NCBI GenBank assembly: GCA_963835065.1
Contig: CAWIEK010000022.1
Span: forward strand, 40,912-104,911
Source: an uncultured Chthonomonadaceae bacterium
GTDB lineage: Bacteria > Armatimonadota > Chthonomonadetes > Chthonomonadales > Chthonomonadaceae
Direction of reading: 5' to 3'
DNA: 64,000 nt
This document shows positions 32,084 through 41,355 of this stretch, in pieces. The notes below the pieces were generated by a model. That model was not told where the DNA came from. It did not search any database and saw only the letters and a program-made list of their open reading frames with translations. Within the stretch, counting starts at the first letter, position 1, and each line of letters begins with the position of its first letter. Both the position numbers and the translations under genes were made by a program.

Positions 32084-32238
32084 AATTTTGAAGAACTTCC
32101 CTAAAGCAGCCCTTATCATAGGCCCAATCTGAAATACGGGTATTCAGGCGTTCGGTATTCAAGTGTTCGGGCATTTTTAATACGGGATGGTGAGCGCAGT
32201 TCATCCAATCTTCCCCAAAAGCGCGGGAAAGGGGAGCG

Positions 32239-33163
32239 TTATTCGAGAGTTTGGCGCAATGCCTGCAAGCGGGTTTCATATTCCGCAATCGCCGTCAGCA
32301 CTTCCTCACGGTTGGCTTGAAAAATGGCCTGCCAAAAGGCGCGGTCCGCAACGGCCACGCGGGTCAGGTCACGGAAACTGCTGCCCGCCATCTGAAGCGC
32401 CTGCTCCGCGTCCGTCTGCGCGGCAATCATGTCGGCGAACGCGAACGAAAGCGCATGCGGCAAATGGCTGACCAAAGCCACAAGGCGGTCATGCTGCGCG
32501 CTGTCCAAAAGCACTGGGTCGCGCTTCCAAAGCCTGCGCCATTGCCGCCAATTTTGCCGCCCAAACATTTGCCTTCAAGTCCGGCAATTCCCTGCCGACA
32601 ATGCCCCACGCCGCACCCGTAAACACATCCGCCCGCGCCGCGTCAATGCCGCCTGCGGGAGCGCCCGCCATCGGATGTCCGCCCACAAAACGGCTTCCAA
32701 AACACCGCTCCCCGGTTTCTACAATTAACCGTTTCGTGCTGCCAATGTCGGTAATCAGCGCATCTGACGGCACAAGGGGAACCAATATTTCCAACAGACG
32801 TGGGATTGCAGGAACCGGAGCGGCCACAATCACGCAATCCGCGTCCGCCACGCCCGCCCCTAAACCCAGCGCGGCCTCATCAATGGCTCCTATCTCCCGC
32901 GCCCGCGCCAAAACGCGCTCACTCGTATCCACGCCCACAACCGTTTGCGCCAGCCCCTTCGCCCGCAGCGCCATGCCAAGCGAACCGCCCATCAGCCCGA
33001 CGCCGATAATGGCGACACGCTGGAAGAGAGGAGAATTAGGAAATGATGAGTGATGAGTGATGAGTGATGAATAGGATGCTGCATTGTATTCATCATTCAT
33101 CATTCCGCGTTCAGCATTTCCTTCTGTTCCCTTCTCCTCATATTCGCGTTCATTCGCGTTCAT
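32239..33163 (-). CDS. tyrA: Prephenate dehydrogenase (frameshift near 32515; start uncertain, 5' end is repeat-derived)
   Basis: IIGVGLMGGS, DIGSTK, GGHPMAG, HDRLVALVSHLPH, SFRDLTRVA. Confidence 0.9.
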
Positions 33164-33178
33164 TCGCGGCTATCCGTT

Positions 33179-34201
33179 CTACAGCGTTTTCCCGACAGCG
33201 CTTGCGATAGGGGCAATATCCTGCATCAGTTGCTCGAATTGGGCGAAGGTCAGGGATTGCGGGCCGTCCTTGATCGCTTTTTCGGGGTTGGGGTGCGTTT
33301 CGATGATGATGCCGTCCGCGCCGGTTGCCACTGCGCCGCGCGTGACGGCGTTGACAAGGCTGCGCTTGCCGGTCGCATGGGACGGGTCGGCGAAAATCGG
33401 CAGGTGCGACAGTTCCTTGATGGCGGGAATGGCGTTGATGTCGAAGGTGTTGCGGGTATACGTTTCAAACGTGCGGATGCCGCGCTCGCACAGAATGATC
33501 TCGTAATTGCCCTGACTGGCGATGTATTCCGCCGCCTGCAGCCATTCTTCAATCGTACTGGCCCAGCCGCGCTTGAGCATCACGGGCTTACGCGCCGTGC
33601 CCACTTCGCGCAGCAGGGAGAAGTTGGTCATGTTGCGCGTCCCGATCTGGAAAATGTCGGTGTACTTGCCCACCAATTCCACGTCGCGGGTATCCATCAC
33701 TTCCGTAATGATGGGAAGTCCCGTCTGCTGACTGGCTTCAGCCAGCAGTTTCAAGCCCGCTTCGCCCATGCCGTGAAACGAGTACGGACTGGTGGACGGC
33801 TTGAACGCGCCGCCCCGCAGGATATGCGCGCCCGCTTTCTTGACAAACGCGGCGGTTTCAAACAGCATTTCGGGCAACTCGACGGTACACGGCCCGGCCA
33901 TAACGCAAAGCTGATTACCGCCGATTTGTACCCCGCGCACATTGATAACGGTTCCTTCCGGCTTGAACGCTTTGCCGACCAGTTTGTACGGCTTCAAAAT
34001 GGGAACTACGCGCTCCACGAACGGCAGCGCCTCATAATGCTCGACAAGACCGTCCTTGTCCCGTTCGGGCGTCCCGATCACGCCGACAATGGTGCGCTCG
34101 ACACCCTCGGAAAGATGGACGCCGTAGCCCCGGCCTTTGAGTTCTTCCAGCAGTTCCGCGCGCTGCGTTCCTGTCGTTTCCGGCGCTAAAATGATAATCA
34201 T
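33179..34201 (-). CDS. aroF: DAHP synthase, type I-beta with N-terminal regulatory domain
   Basis: AGPCTVE, RGGAFKP, GTRNM, LKRG, CERGIRTFE, DPSHATG. Confidence 0.95.
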   Translation of the reverse strand: MIIILAPETTGTQRAELLEELKGRGYGVHLSEGVERTIVGVIGTPERDKDGLVEHYEALPFVERVVPILKPYKLVGKAFKPEGTVINVRGVQIGGNQLCVMAGPCTVELPEMLFETAAFVKKAGAHILRGGAFKPSTSPYSFHGMGEAGLKLLAEASQQTGLPIITEVMDTRDVELVGKYTDIFQIGTRNMTNFSLLREVGTARKPVMLKRGWASTIEEWLQAAEYIASQGNYEIILCERGIRTFETYTRNTFDINAIPAIKELSHLPIFADPSHATGKRSLVNAVTRGAVATGADGIIIETHPNPEKAIKDGPQSLTFAQFEQLMQDIAPIASAVGKTL

Positions 34202-34542
34202 GGTGCTGCTCCTTCTCGCTTCTGCTGCTATCGTTGTATATGCAACTGTCTATGTACGATTGTTCGATGCGCAATTGTTTGTTCGATGCACAATGGCTGC
34301 CTTACCTGCCGAACGGCGTTTCCCGACCCCAAATTCTTTAACGGGGACTCAATTATAGCACACGCCGAATTCCATACCCCTAAAGCGGCGCAATTTGTGC
34401 GGACGTAGGAACCGGCAATTGTTGCACAGGACATCGGCAGATGGGGTAACATACATACACAAAAACGCTTGACCATTTGCGAAATACCGGGCAAGCGCGT
34501 CCTGGCTGCCTTCCCGACCTTCACCGATTTCAAAGGAAAGTT

Positions 34543-35067
34543 ATGCCCATGAAGAACTGTTTTCGCCTGCCCCTTCTTTTCTGTGGTATGGGAATGGCAA
34601 TGGTGTTCGGGACGGGCGTTCGCCTGCTGCGCGCGCAAACACAGCCGCGTCTAGCCGACAAACAAACCGCCCTGCGCTTCACCAACCCGACGGCCATTAC
34701 CAACGGGTATCTTCCCCTGGCGCATCTGCATCAGGACATTCTGGAAGGCAAGGAGGATGGCAAGAGCGTTCGCGTGGAGCGCGCAATGAAGCCGGGAACG
34801 CGCGCGTTCTTGATTGACGGGCAGAAAGTGGAAGCGCGTATTATGGAAGACCGCGAGTTTATCGGCGGCAAGCTGAAGGAAGTGACGCTGGACTATTTCG
34901 CGCAGGCCGAAGACGGGAGCGTCTGCTATCTGGGCGAAAAAGTGGATATGTACCGCGACGGCAAAGTGATCGGACATGAGGGCGCGTGGCTGGTTGGGGA
35001 ACACAGCGCGAAACCGGGCGTGATTATGCCCGCGCATCCCAAAGTGGGCGACAAGTTCCGCTCTGAA
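34543..35067 (+). pseudogene. Secreted hypothetical protein, apparently truncated at ..GDKFRSE and reading on into AT-richer DNA
   Basis: Signal peptide and GC-rich codon usage up to ~35067, abrupt compositional change afterwards. Confidence 0.5.
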
Positions 35068-35178
35068 ATCTGTGCCTCGCACCTGCTTTCGTTAGAAAAG
35101 TACGTGCCGAGTGATTTCAGGCAGGATATTTTACGCTTCAGGAGAATATGGGGGCAAAAATGGCGACAGGATTATTCA

Positions 35179-35467
35179 ATGTCAAACGTCATTACGGTTC
35201 GTGAAGAAACTATCCTCTCTGAAACCGAGCAGGCATTGCGTCTCTTCGCTTCCGGAGGGGAACGGATACCGGGCGTTAATTAGCGCCTGCCGGTATGATA
35301 CCGGGGGATTAAACGAACAAGGGATGAGAGTTGTCGTTGCTGATCTGTTCAGTTCTATTACACACGAGGTGATACGAGCGAAAGAAATGGTATACGACGC
35401 CTTTCCCAACATTCGATTTAGCCTTGATATACGGGATGTCAGCACGGTAACAGATGACAACCGATAG
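35179..35467 (+). CDS. Small hypothetical protein (frameshift near 35270)
   Basis: MSNVITVREE.. joins ..ALISACRYDT..DDNR across one shift. Confidence 0.35.
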
Positions 35468-35520
35468 GAGCATACGGCAATGGACACTCCTTCGGTTGAT
35501 GCCTTTAACTCTACTAACCT

Positions 35521-35566
35521 TATCCGCTATGTCGTGTTCAAAGATTGGCATCGGTAGACAAAGCCG
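35521..35566 (+). repeat. 46-bp direct repeat, copy 1
   Basis: TATCCGCTATGTCGTGTTCAAAGA(T)TGGCATCGGTAGACAAAGCCG; one mismatch to 36927-36972. Confidence 0.95.
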
Positions 35567-35697
35567 CAATCTGGTCTACATGCAGACGCCGGCAAACGCC
35601 TACCCGCAAGCATTTACGCAACAGGCTGCTGCGCGAATTCCCACACAGCGTTCAAATGTTGTGCAACTGTTTTGCTGATGGGCCTGTCAGGAGGATT

Positions 35698-35779
35698 GGA
35701 GCGTAGCCTGAAAGGTTCAGAAACAGTCTTGAAAACTGCGCCATCCGCAAGGATGGGGGTTCGATTCCTCTACGCTCCG
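35698..35779 (+). tRNA. Non-canonical tRNA-Ser (anticodon TGA), probable 8/4 fold, CCA not encoded
   Basis: Acceptor GGAGCGTA/TACGCTCC + G discriminator; D stem CTGAA/TTCAG; CAGT-CT-TGA-AA-ACTG; variable arm CATCC-GCAA-GGATG; T arm GGGG-TTCGATT-CCTC. Confidence 0.8.
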
Positions 35780-35846
35780 TTATCCCTCCTGTCCAGCAAA
35801 GCCACCTGCGAACGGTAAACGCCGACCGTGTTGAAGGAGAGCCTCC

Positions 35847-36072
35847 ATGAAATTGGCCTGATGAAGCGCATAGAAAGCATATTCTAACGAATGCACTCGC
35901 CGCGCGAACGCCGGAGCAGTTAGAACGCGCCACGCGGGAGTTAGATGCCTGGGTTGCCGCGCATCCTGACGATGAAGATATTTAGTGGGCGTATGAGCAA
36001 ATGGCGCTTGTAGAGATTGCGCTGCAGGAAGTTGCGCCTGCCCCTGTAATGGTAATGGCAAAAGCTTCTTGA
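35847..36072 (+). pseudogene. Small helical hypothetical protein with an early frameshift and an in-frame TAG
   Basis: GAAGGAG RBS + ATG; WPDEAHRKHIL..LDAWVAAHPDDEDI*WAYEQM.., TAG at 35983-35985. Confidence 0.4.
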
Positions 36073-36109
36073 TGAGCAAGCATATTCAAATTGTAAGGGG
36101 GCAGTAAGA

Positions 36110-36611
36110 TTGAGCGCGCGTAAGCATTTCAGTTCGGTCAAGCTTGAATATCATTCGCTGCGGTTCGCCCAAATGCTCTTCAAGCATTTCCCGGAGTGGA
36201 AGCAATATGCAGGCCATTATGTCAAAGAAGAAAAGAATATCCCAGTATACTACCTGAATGTTTCTATACCCCCTGTCAATCCCGGATGTCACCGATACGC
36301 TTTGTATCACTACCTATCCCGAAGAGGTCATTATTCAGTGGCTTGGCGGCGCACACTCCCATTTTGATGCTTTGTTACATCGCAGCACAGTGAATTACAT
36401 GGAAGCGGCGCTTGATTTTTTAGAGCGCATCGTCACCGATCAGATCATTTTCGGCTACTATGTTCGGGATGGCAAGCCAACAGGAGCAGGGTTCTTGTAC
36501 AACTTCGAGTTAAACCCGGCTCCAACATGGTTCAATATAAAACAGGGTTCCATCGTGATGCGCTCATGGCAGGGAACGCGCGACACAGAACTGTTTGTAC
36601 AAACGGTCTGA
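36110..36611 (+). CDS. Hypothetical protein (two overlapping ORFs, probably one frameshifted gene)
   Basis: ORFs 36110-36367 and 36258-36611; ends ..MRSWQGTRD.. Confidence 0.45.
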
Positions 36612-36663
36612 CAGCACTGTACAAGCAACTCAGAGACGGATGAAAGCGGGAGGAGCGCGGCAG

Positions 36664-36963
36664 ATGAACCCTCGACTACAGGGCGTATTGGTATTTGCAG
36701 CGGGTGTGTGCCTTGCTGTCGTGTTTTGGAACGAGTATCATTCCGGGAGTGAACTCTTCTCGGCAAAGCTGCTAATCATGACGCCCGTTATCCTGCTTCT
36801 CGGACTGACCTACATCCTTGAGCCGCGCGTCCTGCTGGCAAGCAAGAGCAACGCCTCCGCATTGCCCATCCTGTTCAAGGTAGTAAACTACGTTCTTCTT
36901 TTCGTCGGCCTTGCCATCGGCTTCTATATCCGCTATGTCGTGTTCAAAGAGTGGCATCGGTAG
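36664..36963 (+). CDS. Small three-TM membrane protein
   Basis: GGAGGAG RBS, three hydrophobic segments; its 3' end is the 46-bp repeat. Confidence 0.65.
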   Translation: MNPRLQGVLVFAAGVCLAVVFWNEYHSGSELFSAKLLIMTPVILLLGLTYILEPRVLLASKSNASALPILFKVVNYVLLFVGLAIGFYIRYVVFKEWHR

Positions 36964-36972
36964 ACAAAGCCG
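36927..36972 (+). repeat. 46-bp direct repeat, copy 2
   Basis: 45/46 identical to 35521-35566. Confidence 0.95.
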
Positions 36973-36990
36973 TGTACGAAGCTAACTGGT

Positions 36991-37899
36991 TTAACCCTCC
37001 ACGCGCTGATTGATGAGATGCGCCAGATAGCCCGCGCCGAAGCCGTTGTCAATGTTGACCACGCCCACGCCGGTTGCGCACGAATTCAGCATCGTCAGTA
37101 ACGCGGAAAGCCCCTGAAAACTCGCGCCATAGCCTATGCTTGTCGGCACGGCGATGACGGGACGCGATACCAGCCCGCCGACTACGGACGCCAGCGCCCC
37201 CTCCATGCCCGCTACCACGACCAGCACATTGGCGGCAAACAACCGCTCCTGATTGTTCAGCAGCCGATGAATCCCCGCCACGCCCACGTCGTACAAGCGT
37301 TCCGTCGGGCTGCCCATTTCCGTCGCCGTCACCACCGCTTCTTCCGCCACCGGTAAATCCGCCGTGCCTGCGGAGACGACGAGGATAGTTCCGAGGGAAG
37401 AGGGTGTCGGGTGTCGGGTGTCGGGTGTCGGGAAGGGCATTGCCGATTGTTGATTGTCAATTGCCGATTGGGGTTCTTCTGTCTTCTCTTCTGTTCCCTG
37501 TTCCCTGTTTCCTGTTCCCTGCTCTTCTCTATCCCCTTCATCCTTCATCCTTCCGCCTTCATCCTTGCTTTTGACTACCAGCATCCGCGCCAGTTCGTGA
37601 TAAACCGCGTTCGGGAATTGGCGGAGGACGGCCTGCGCGACTTCGGGCGTGGCGCGGGACGCGAGGACTTTCGGGGAGCGGAGGATCAGGCGGTCCAGAA
37701 TGGCGAGAATGTGTTCCGTCGTTTTGCCGGGACAATACACCACTTCCGGGAAACCGTTGCGCAGAGCGCGGTGGTGATCCAGTTTGGCAAATCCCAAATC
37801 TTCATACGGCAGGGAGCGCAGGGACGCCAGCGCCTCGTCAATCGAGGTGTCGCCCCCTTTCACCTGTTCCAGCAATTGTCGTAATCGTTCGGCATCCAT
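36991..37899 (-). CDS. larB: Nickel-pincer cofactor biosynthesis protein LarB with in-frame repeat insert
   Basis: DHHRALRNGFPEVV, AGTADLPVAEEA, DVGVAGIHRL, AGMEGAL, VPTSIGYG, VNIDNGFGA. Confidence 0.95.
   Translation of the reverse strand: MDAERLRQLLEQVKGGDTSIDEALASLRSLPYEDLGFAKLDHHRALRNGFPEVVYCPGKTTEHILAILDRLILRSPKVLASRATPEVAQAVLRQFPNAVYHELARMLVVKSKDEGGRMKDEGDREEQGTGNREQGTEEKTEEPQSAIDNQQSAMPFPTPDTRHPTPSSLGTILVVSAGTADLPVAEEAVVTATEMGSPTERLYDVGVAGIHRLLNNQERLFAANVLVVVAGMEGALASVVGGLVSRPVIAVPTSIGYGASFQGLSALLTMLNSCATGVGVVNIDNGFGAGYLAHLINQRVEG
37396..37569. repeat. Intragenic composite heptamer element in larB
   Basis: (GGGTGTC)4-(GATTGYY)n-CTGTCTT-(CTGTTCC)4-(TTCATCC)n; frame preserved. Confidence 0.9.
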
Positions 37900-37902
37900 A
37901 AT

Positions 37903-38020
37903 TGTTAGGTGTCAGGTGTCAGGTGTCAGGTGTCAGGTAATGGGTATTAGATTGGACGTGTTCTTATGCCTGCGACAATCATCCTAATACCTGATACCTA
38001 ACACCTGACACCTGACACCT
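37903..38020. repeat. Inverted heptamer-array element (GTCAGGT)n ... (ACCTGAC)n
   Basis: Same unit as 20141-20233. Confidence 0.9.
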
Positions 38021-38726
38021 ATTTCTTCGGTGGTTGCGCGGGCGCTTGCACTTCCTGCGCGCCTTTCGGGGGTGAGAAAATAAACGCGCTGGCCGGCAGG
38101 GGCGCGTTGACGGCTTCGGATTTTACCAGGGTTTGAATGACGCGCGTACTCTTGCCGTTGGACTGCGTCACGCGCGCCTGCTTGACGTGGTGCGTTGCTT
38201 TGTCAATGTAGATTACAACCACAGTGGAGCCGTTTTGTACCGGCGGAGCCAGTTGCAGCGTGTAGCAGGCTGCGCCGCCGACGCTTGCGGGAGCCAGCAG
38301 CGTGTAATACGTGGCTTTCGGGTTCATGCCGCCAAACGGCAGGCCGTACTGCAATCCCATAATCGGCAGCAGATTCGGGTTGTGCGGCTGCTTGAAATAC
38401 TTGCTTGAGGCAAGGTCCAGCATGTAACTGATCTGGCCGTCATCCACAACCTGCGCGCCCTGCTTGCCGCCCGCGCCGGTTTTCTCTCGGGGCGTCACTA
38501 CAATGTGGGCTTTTTGGCCCGCAATGAACTGCCCATCGGTTTGTACGCCGGTCGGCGGCTGGTTGTCTATGGTAACAGTGGTTTGCAGCGACACCTTCAG
38601 CGTCTTCATGTTGTGATAGACCGCGTTGGTTTTGGCGATGATGGTTTTTACGTCCTGCGCCTGCGCGGTTTGAGCGGTCAGCAGGACGCAGGCCGCGCCT
38701 GCTGCCGCTCCGAATAGTTTCAGCAT
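38019..38726 (-). CDS. LolA-like / DUF2092-like exported protein
   Basis: Signal peptide AQA; VVDDGQ, YIDKAT, C-terminal N..LPASAFIFSPPKGA. Confidence 0.7.
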   Translation of the reverse strand: MLKLFGAAAGAACVLLTAQTAQAQDVKTIIAKTNAVYHNMKTLKVSLQTTVTIDNQPPTGVQTDGQFIAGQKAHIVVTPREKTGAGGKQGAQVVDDGQISYMLDLASSKYFKQPHNPNLLPIMGLQYGLPFGGMNPKATYYTLLAPASVGGAACYTLQLAPPVQNGSTVVVIYIDKATHHVKQARVTQSNGKSTRVIQTLVKSEAVNAPLPASAFIFSPPKGAQEVQAPAQPPKK

Positions 38727-38742
38727 GAGAAGATCGAATCCC

Positions 38743-38889
38743 CTATTTTGTGTGGTTCGCGCTGTTTCCCGCCATGCCGAGCATAGCGGCCTGAAGCGGG
38801 TTAGCGGCAAATTCCGCCATCGCCGGTATCTGTTTCGCGCCGACAGGGGGCGTAAACTTGAACAGGCTGTCGTGTACCGCCGACGTATT
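38743..38889 (-). pseudogene. C-terminal remnant of a second LolA-like gene
   Basis: NTSAVHDSLFKFTPPVGAKQI..*, preceded by an in-frame stop with no start codon ahead of the motif. Confidence 0.55.
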
Positions 38890-38914
38890 TTAGGAACAAG
38901 ATAAGCAAGGCCGT

Positions 38915-39838
38915 CTACTTTTTGATGAGTTGTATGGAAGAAAGCGGAACCATATCGGATTTTTTCGCCAGCGTGTCGTTCATTTTACCCGAACGGTAGC
39001 CTTCCAGATCGAGCGTAACATAGGTATAGCCCAATTCTTTGAAGCGGGCGTTGACGACTTCGCGCAGTTCCACCAGCCGTACAATATCCTGCGGTTCCAC
39101 TTCGATGCGGGCAACCGTGTCATGGTGTCGGACGCGGAACTGCCGGAAGCCCAATTCGCGCAGAAACTTCTCGCAGCCATCCAGTTGCGCCAGCAGGGGA
39201 GCCGTGATTTCCGTGCCGTAAGGGAAGCGAGACGACAGGCAGGCGAACGAGGGCTTGTCCCAGTTCGGAACGCCCAGGTGCAGGGCCAACGCGCGCACGT
39301 CGGCTTTGGTCATGCCCGCTTCGCGCAGGGGACTGCGAACGCCGCGCTCTTCCGCCGCCCGAATACCGGGCCGGTGGTCGCCCGGCTTACCGTCGTCGGC
39401 ATGGGAGCCGTCCACGATCCAGGGGATATTGCGTTCCTGCGCGACGGTTTGCAGTTCGCTGAACAGTTCGGTTTTGCAATGGTAGCAGCGGTTGGGCGTA
39501 TTCACGGCAAAATTCGGGTTGGCGAGTTCATGGGTGCGGACGCGCGTAACGGTCACGCCCATCGCCTGCGCCACATCCAGCGCGGCATCCACTTCACCCT
39601 GCGGAAACGCTTCCGAATCGCCGGTCACGGCCACGGCATGGTCGCCAAGCACATCATGGGCCACTTTCAGCACAAGCGTACTGTCCACGCCTCCCGAATA
39701 GCCGATGACGCACGTGCCCATGTCGCGTAAAATCGTCTGCAAATCGGCGTATTTGGCCGCAAGTTCGGCGGAAAGCGGCGTTTCTTCTGCCCGATTGTTG
39801 TATGCCGGTTGCTGCAAAGGAAGCATTGTCTCTGTCAC
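38915..39838 (-). CDS. larE: ATP-dependent sulfur transferase LarE
   Basis: YSGGVDS PP-loop, NRCYHCK, RPG, KPSFACLSSRFPYG, RVRHH, DLEGYRSG; GTG start with GAGG RBS. Confidence 0.93.
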   Translation of the reverse strand: MTETMLPLQQPAYNNRAEETPLSAELAAKYADLQTILRDMGTCVIGYSGGVDSTLVLKVAHDVLGDHAVAVTGDSEAFPQGEVDAALDVAQAMGVTVTRVRTHELANPNFAVNTPNRCYHCKTELFSELQTVAQERNIPWIVDGSHADDGKPGDHRPGIRAAEERGVRSPLREAGMTKADVRALALHLGVPNWDKPSFACLSSRFPYGTEITAPLLAQLDGCEKFLRELGFRQFRVRHHDTVARIEVEPQDIVRLVELREVVNARFKELGYTYVTLDLEGYRSGKMNDTLAKKSDMVPLSSIQLIKK

Positions 39839-39852
39839 GGTCTTTCCTCGTG

Positions 39853-39958
39853 TAAGATAAGAGATATGAGATAAGAGATTAAGAGAGGCAGGCGCTTTGT
39901 AGATGGTACAATATCCCAACATCCTGTACTCTTATCTCATATCTCATATCTCTTATCT
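39853..39958. repeat. Inverted heptamer-array element (GATAWGA)n ... (TCWTATC)n
   Basis: Four units per arm between hpnI and larE. Confidence 0.88.
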
Positions 39959-39967
39959 GCTCTCTCC

Positions 39968-41350
39968 CTATGAAATCTGCTCAATTTTCCCGCCGGCGAA
40001 CAGCCGGAATTTCTGGCCCCGCCAGATAATATGGCTGCCGCAGAAACTGATGATGAACAGCGCGCTCTGGATTAAATCGTCCAACGGCAGCAACGGCCAG
40101 TACCGGCGCACATTGGAGTCATGGGTATATACGCTTGCAATCCAGGCGGCGGCAGCAATCCGCAGGGCTATTATACACGCAAAAATGGTCAATCCCATCC
40201 TATTGAAGCCCATAGCGATTGCAAACAGGAGGGCCAGCGTCGTTCCCTGCGTGACAATCGCCGCCGCATATCCCTTCGGGCGGTACGCGCGCACGGTACG
40301 CGCCCACCGCAGCCGCCGCGCCCACATCGTTCCAAACGGTTCCGCGCCCAAAACGTTCTCAACCATATAGTTTGCGATAACGACCCGGTACCCGGCTCGT
40401 TTCACGCCGTTTCCGAGCAAAAAATCGTCGGCCAGATCGTCCAGAATGGCTTCAAAACCGCCGATTTGTCGCAGCATCCCCTGCGACAAAGCCATCGTCG
40501 CGCCGAACGCGAAATCCACCTCATTCAGCAGTCGGCTGACCAGCGCGTTCGGAATAAAGTCCGCCCCAAACCCCAACGCCTCCAAACGCGCCGCCAAACT
40601 TTGCGCCTGAAACCCCCGATACGGGCAGGTGACAAGCCCGACGGAAGATAAGGATGAAGGATGAAGGATGAAGGATGAATCGATTGCCGATTGTGAATTG
40701 GCGATTGGCGACTGCTTGCCTACTGTTCCCTGTTCCCTGTTCCCTGTTCCCTGTTCCCTGTTCCCTGTTCCCTGTCCTGCTGTCTTCTCTTCTTCTCTTC
40801 TTCTCTTCTTCTCTTCTTCTTTCTGTTCCCTGTTCCCTGTCCCCTGTTCCCTGAACGGAGCGACGACATTGCGCAGGTAGTCGGGGGCGACGCGGATGTC
40901 GCTGTCGCATAACACCAGCAGGTCGTGCCGGGCGTGGGGCAGCATGGACACCAGGTTACATACTTTCAGATTATGGCCGCGCCGGGTCTCGAAGGGCGTT
41001 GGCGTGACAATGGCTATGTCGCGTTCCGGGAACTCGCACTGTAAACGCCGCGCAACCAGCAGGGCGGGGTCATCGGCGTCCAGCGCGCCGAAAATAATCT
41101 GGACGCGGTCAGCGGGGTAGTCCTGGCGGCAAAAACTGACGTAGTTGTCGTAAGCGTAAGCATCCGCGCCGCGCACCGGCTTGAGAATGGTGACGGGGGG
41201 TGTCCAGTCCCGATCCGGGGCGGTCCGGGCGCGATGCCACTGCCGCGCCGCCCAAACGGAAGCGCCCGCATACGCGCTGTAGGCGGCCAGTCCCAGTCCG
41301 AGCAAAACGCGGACGATTATGAGCAGTTCCTCAGTCCATTCATGCGCCAT
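39968..41350 (-). CDS. hpnI: Hopanoid-associated GT2 glycosyltransferase (HpnI-like) with in-frame repeat insert
   Basis: TILKPVRG, NLKVCNL, DSDI, VGLVTC.Y, FGATM, LADDF.LG, RWART. Confidence 0.88.
   Translation of the reverse strand: MAHEWTEELLIIVRVLLGLGLAAYSAYAGASVWAARQWHRARTAPDRDWTPPVTILKPVRGADAYAYDNYVSFCRQDYPADRVQIIFGALDADDPALLVARRLQCEFPERDIAIVTPTPFETRRGHNLKVCNLVSMLPHARHDLLVLCDSDIRVAPDYLRNVVAPFREQGTGNREQKEEEKKRRREEEKTAGQGTGNREQGTGNREQGTVGKQSPIANSQSAIDSSFILHPSSLSSVGLVTCPYRGFQAQSLAARLEALGFGADFIPNALVSRLLNEVDFAFGATMALSQGMLRQIGGFEAILDDLADDFLLGNGVKRAGYRVVIANYMVENVLGAEPFGTMWARRLRWARTVRAYRPKGYAAAIVTQGTTLALLFAIAMGFNRMGLTIFACIIALRIAAAAWIASVYTHDSNVRRYWPLLPLDDLIQSALFIISFCGSHIIWRGQKFRLFAGGKIEQIS
40647..40853. 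repeat. Intragenic composite repeat element in hpnI
   Basis: (GGATGAA)4-(GATTGNC)n-(CTGTTCC)7-(TCTTCTTC)n-(CTGTTCC)n; frame preserved. Confidence 0.9.
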
Positions 41351-41355
41351 CGCGG

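Noticed and set aside
12821..33163. Frameshifts in the TSUP permease, FKBP, HtrA, DUF434, SMP-30, GH35 and tyrA genes as pseudogenes or programmed frameshifting
   Set aside because: Both halves are otherwise intact with no common slippery motif; uncorrected long-read indels are the simpler explanation, though reads are needed to confirm.
34250..34292. Direct repeat TTGTTCGATGC upstream of aroF as a regulator site or attenuator
   Set aside because: Only two copies, and no leader peptide or T-box features could be identified; insufficient support.
35698..35985. Odd tRNA as a selenocysteine or suppressor tRNA reading through the nearby TAG
   Set aside because: The anticodon is TGA (reads UCA serine codons), not TCA or CTA; no sel genes are in view.
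36991..39838. larB and larE without larA/larC as a novel pathway
   Set aside because: These genes are often dispersed; the partners may lie outside the window.
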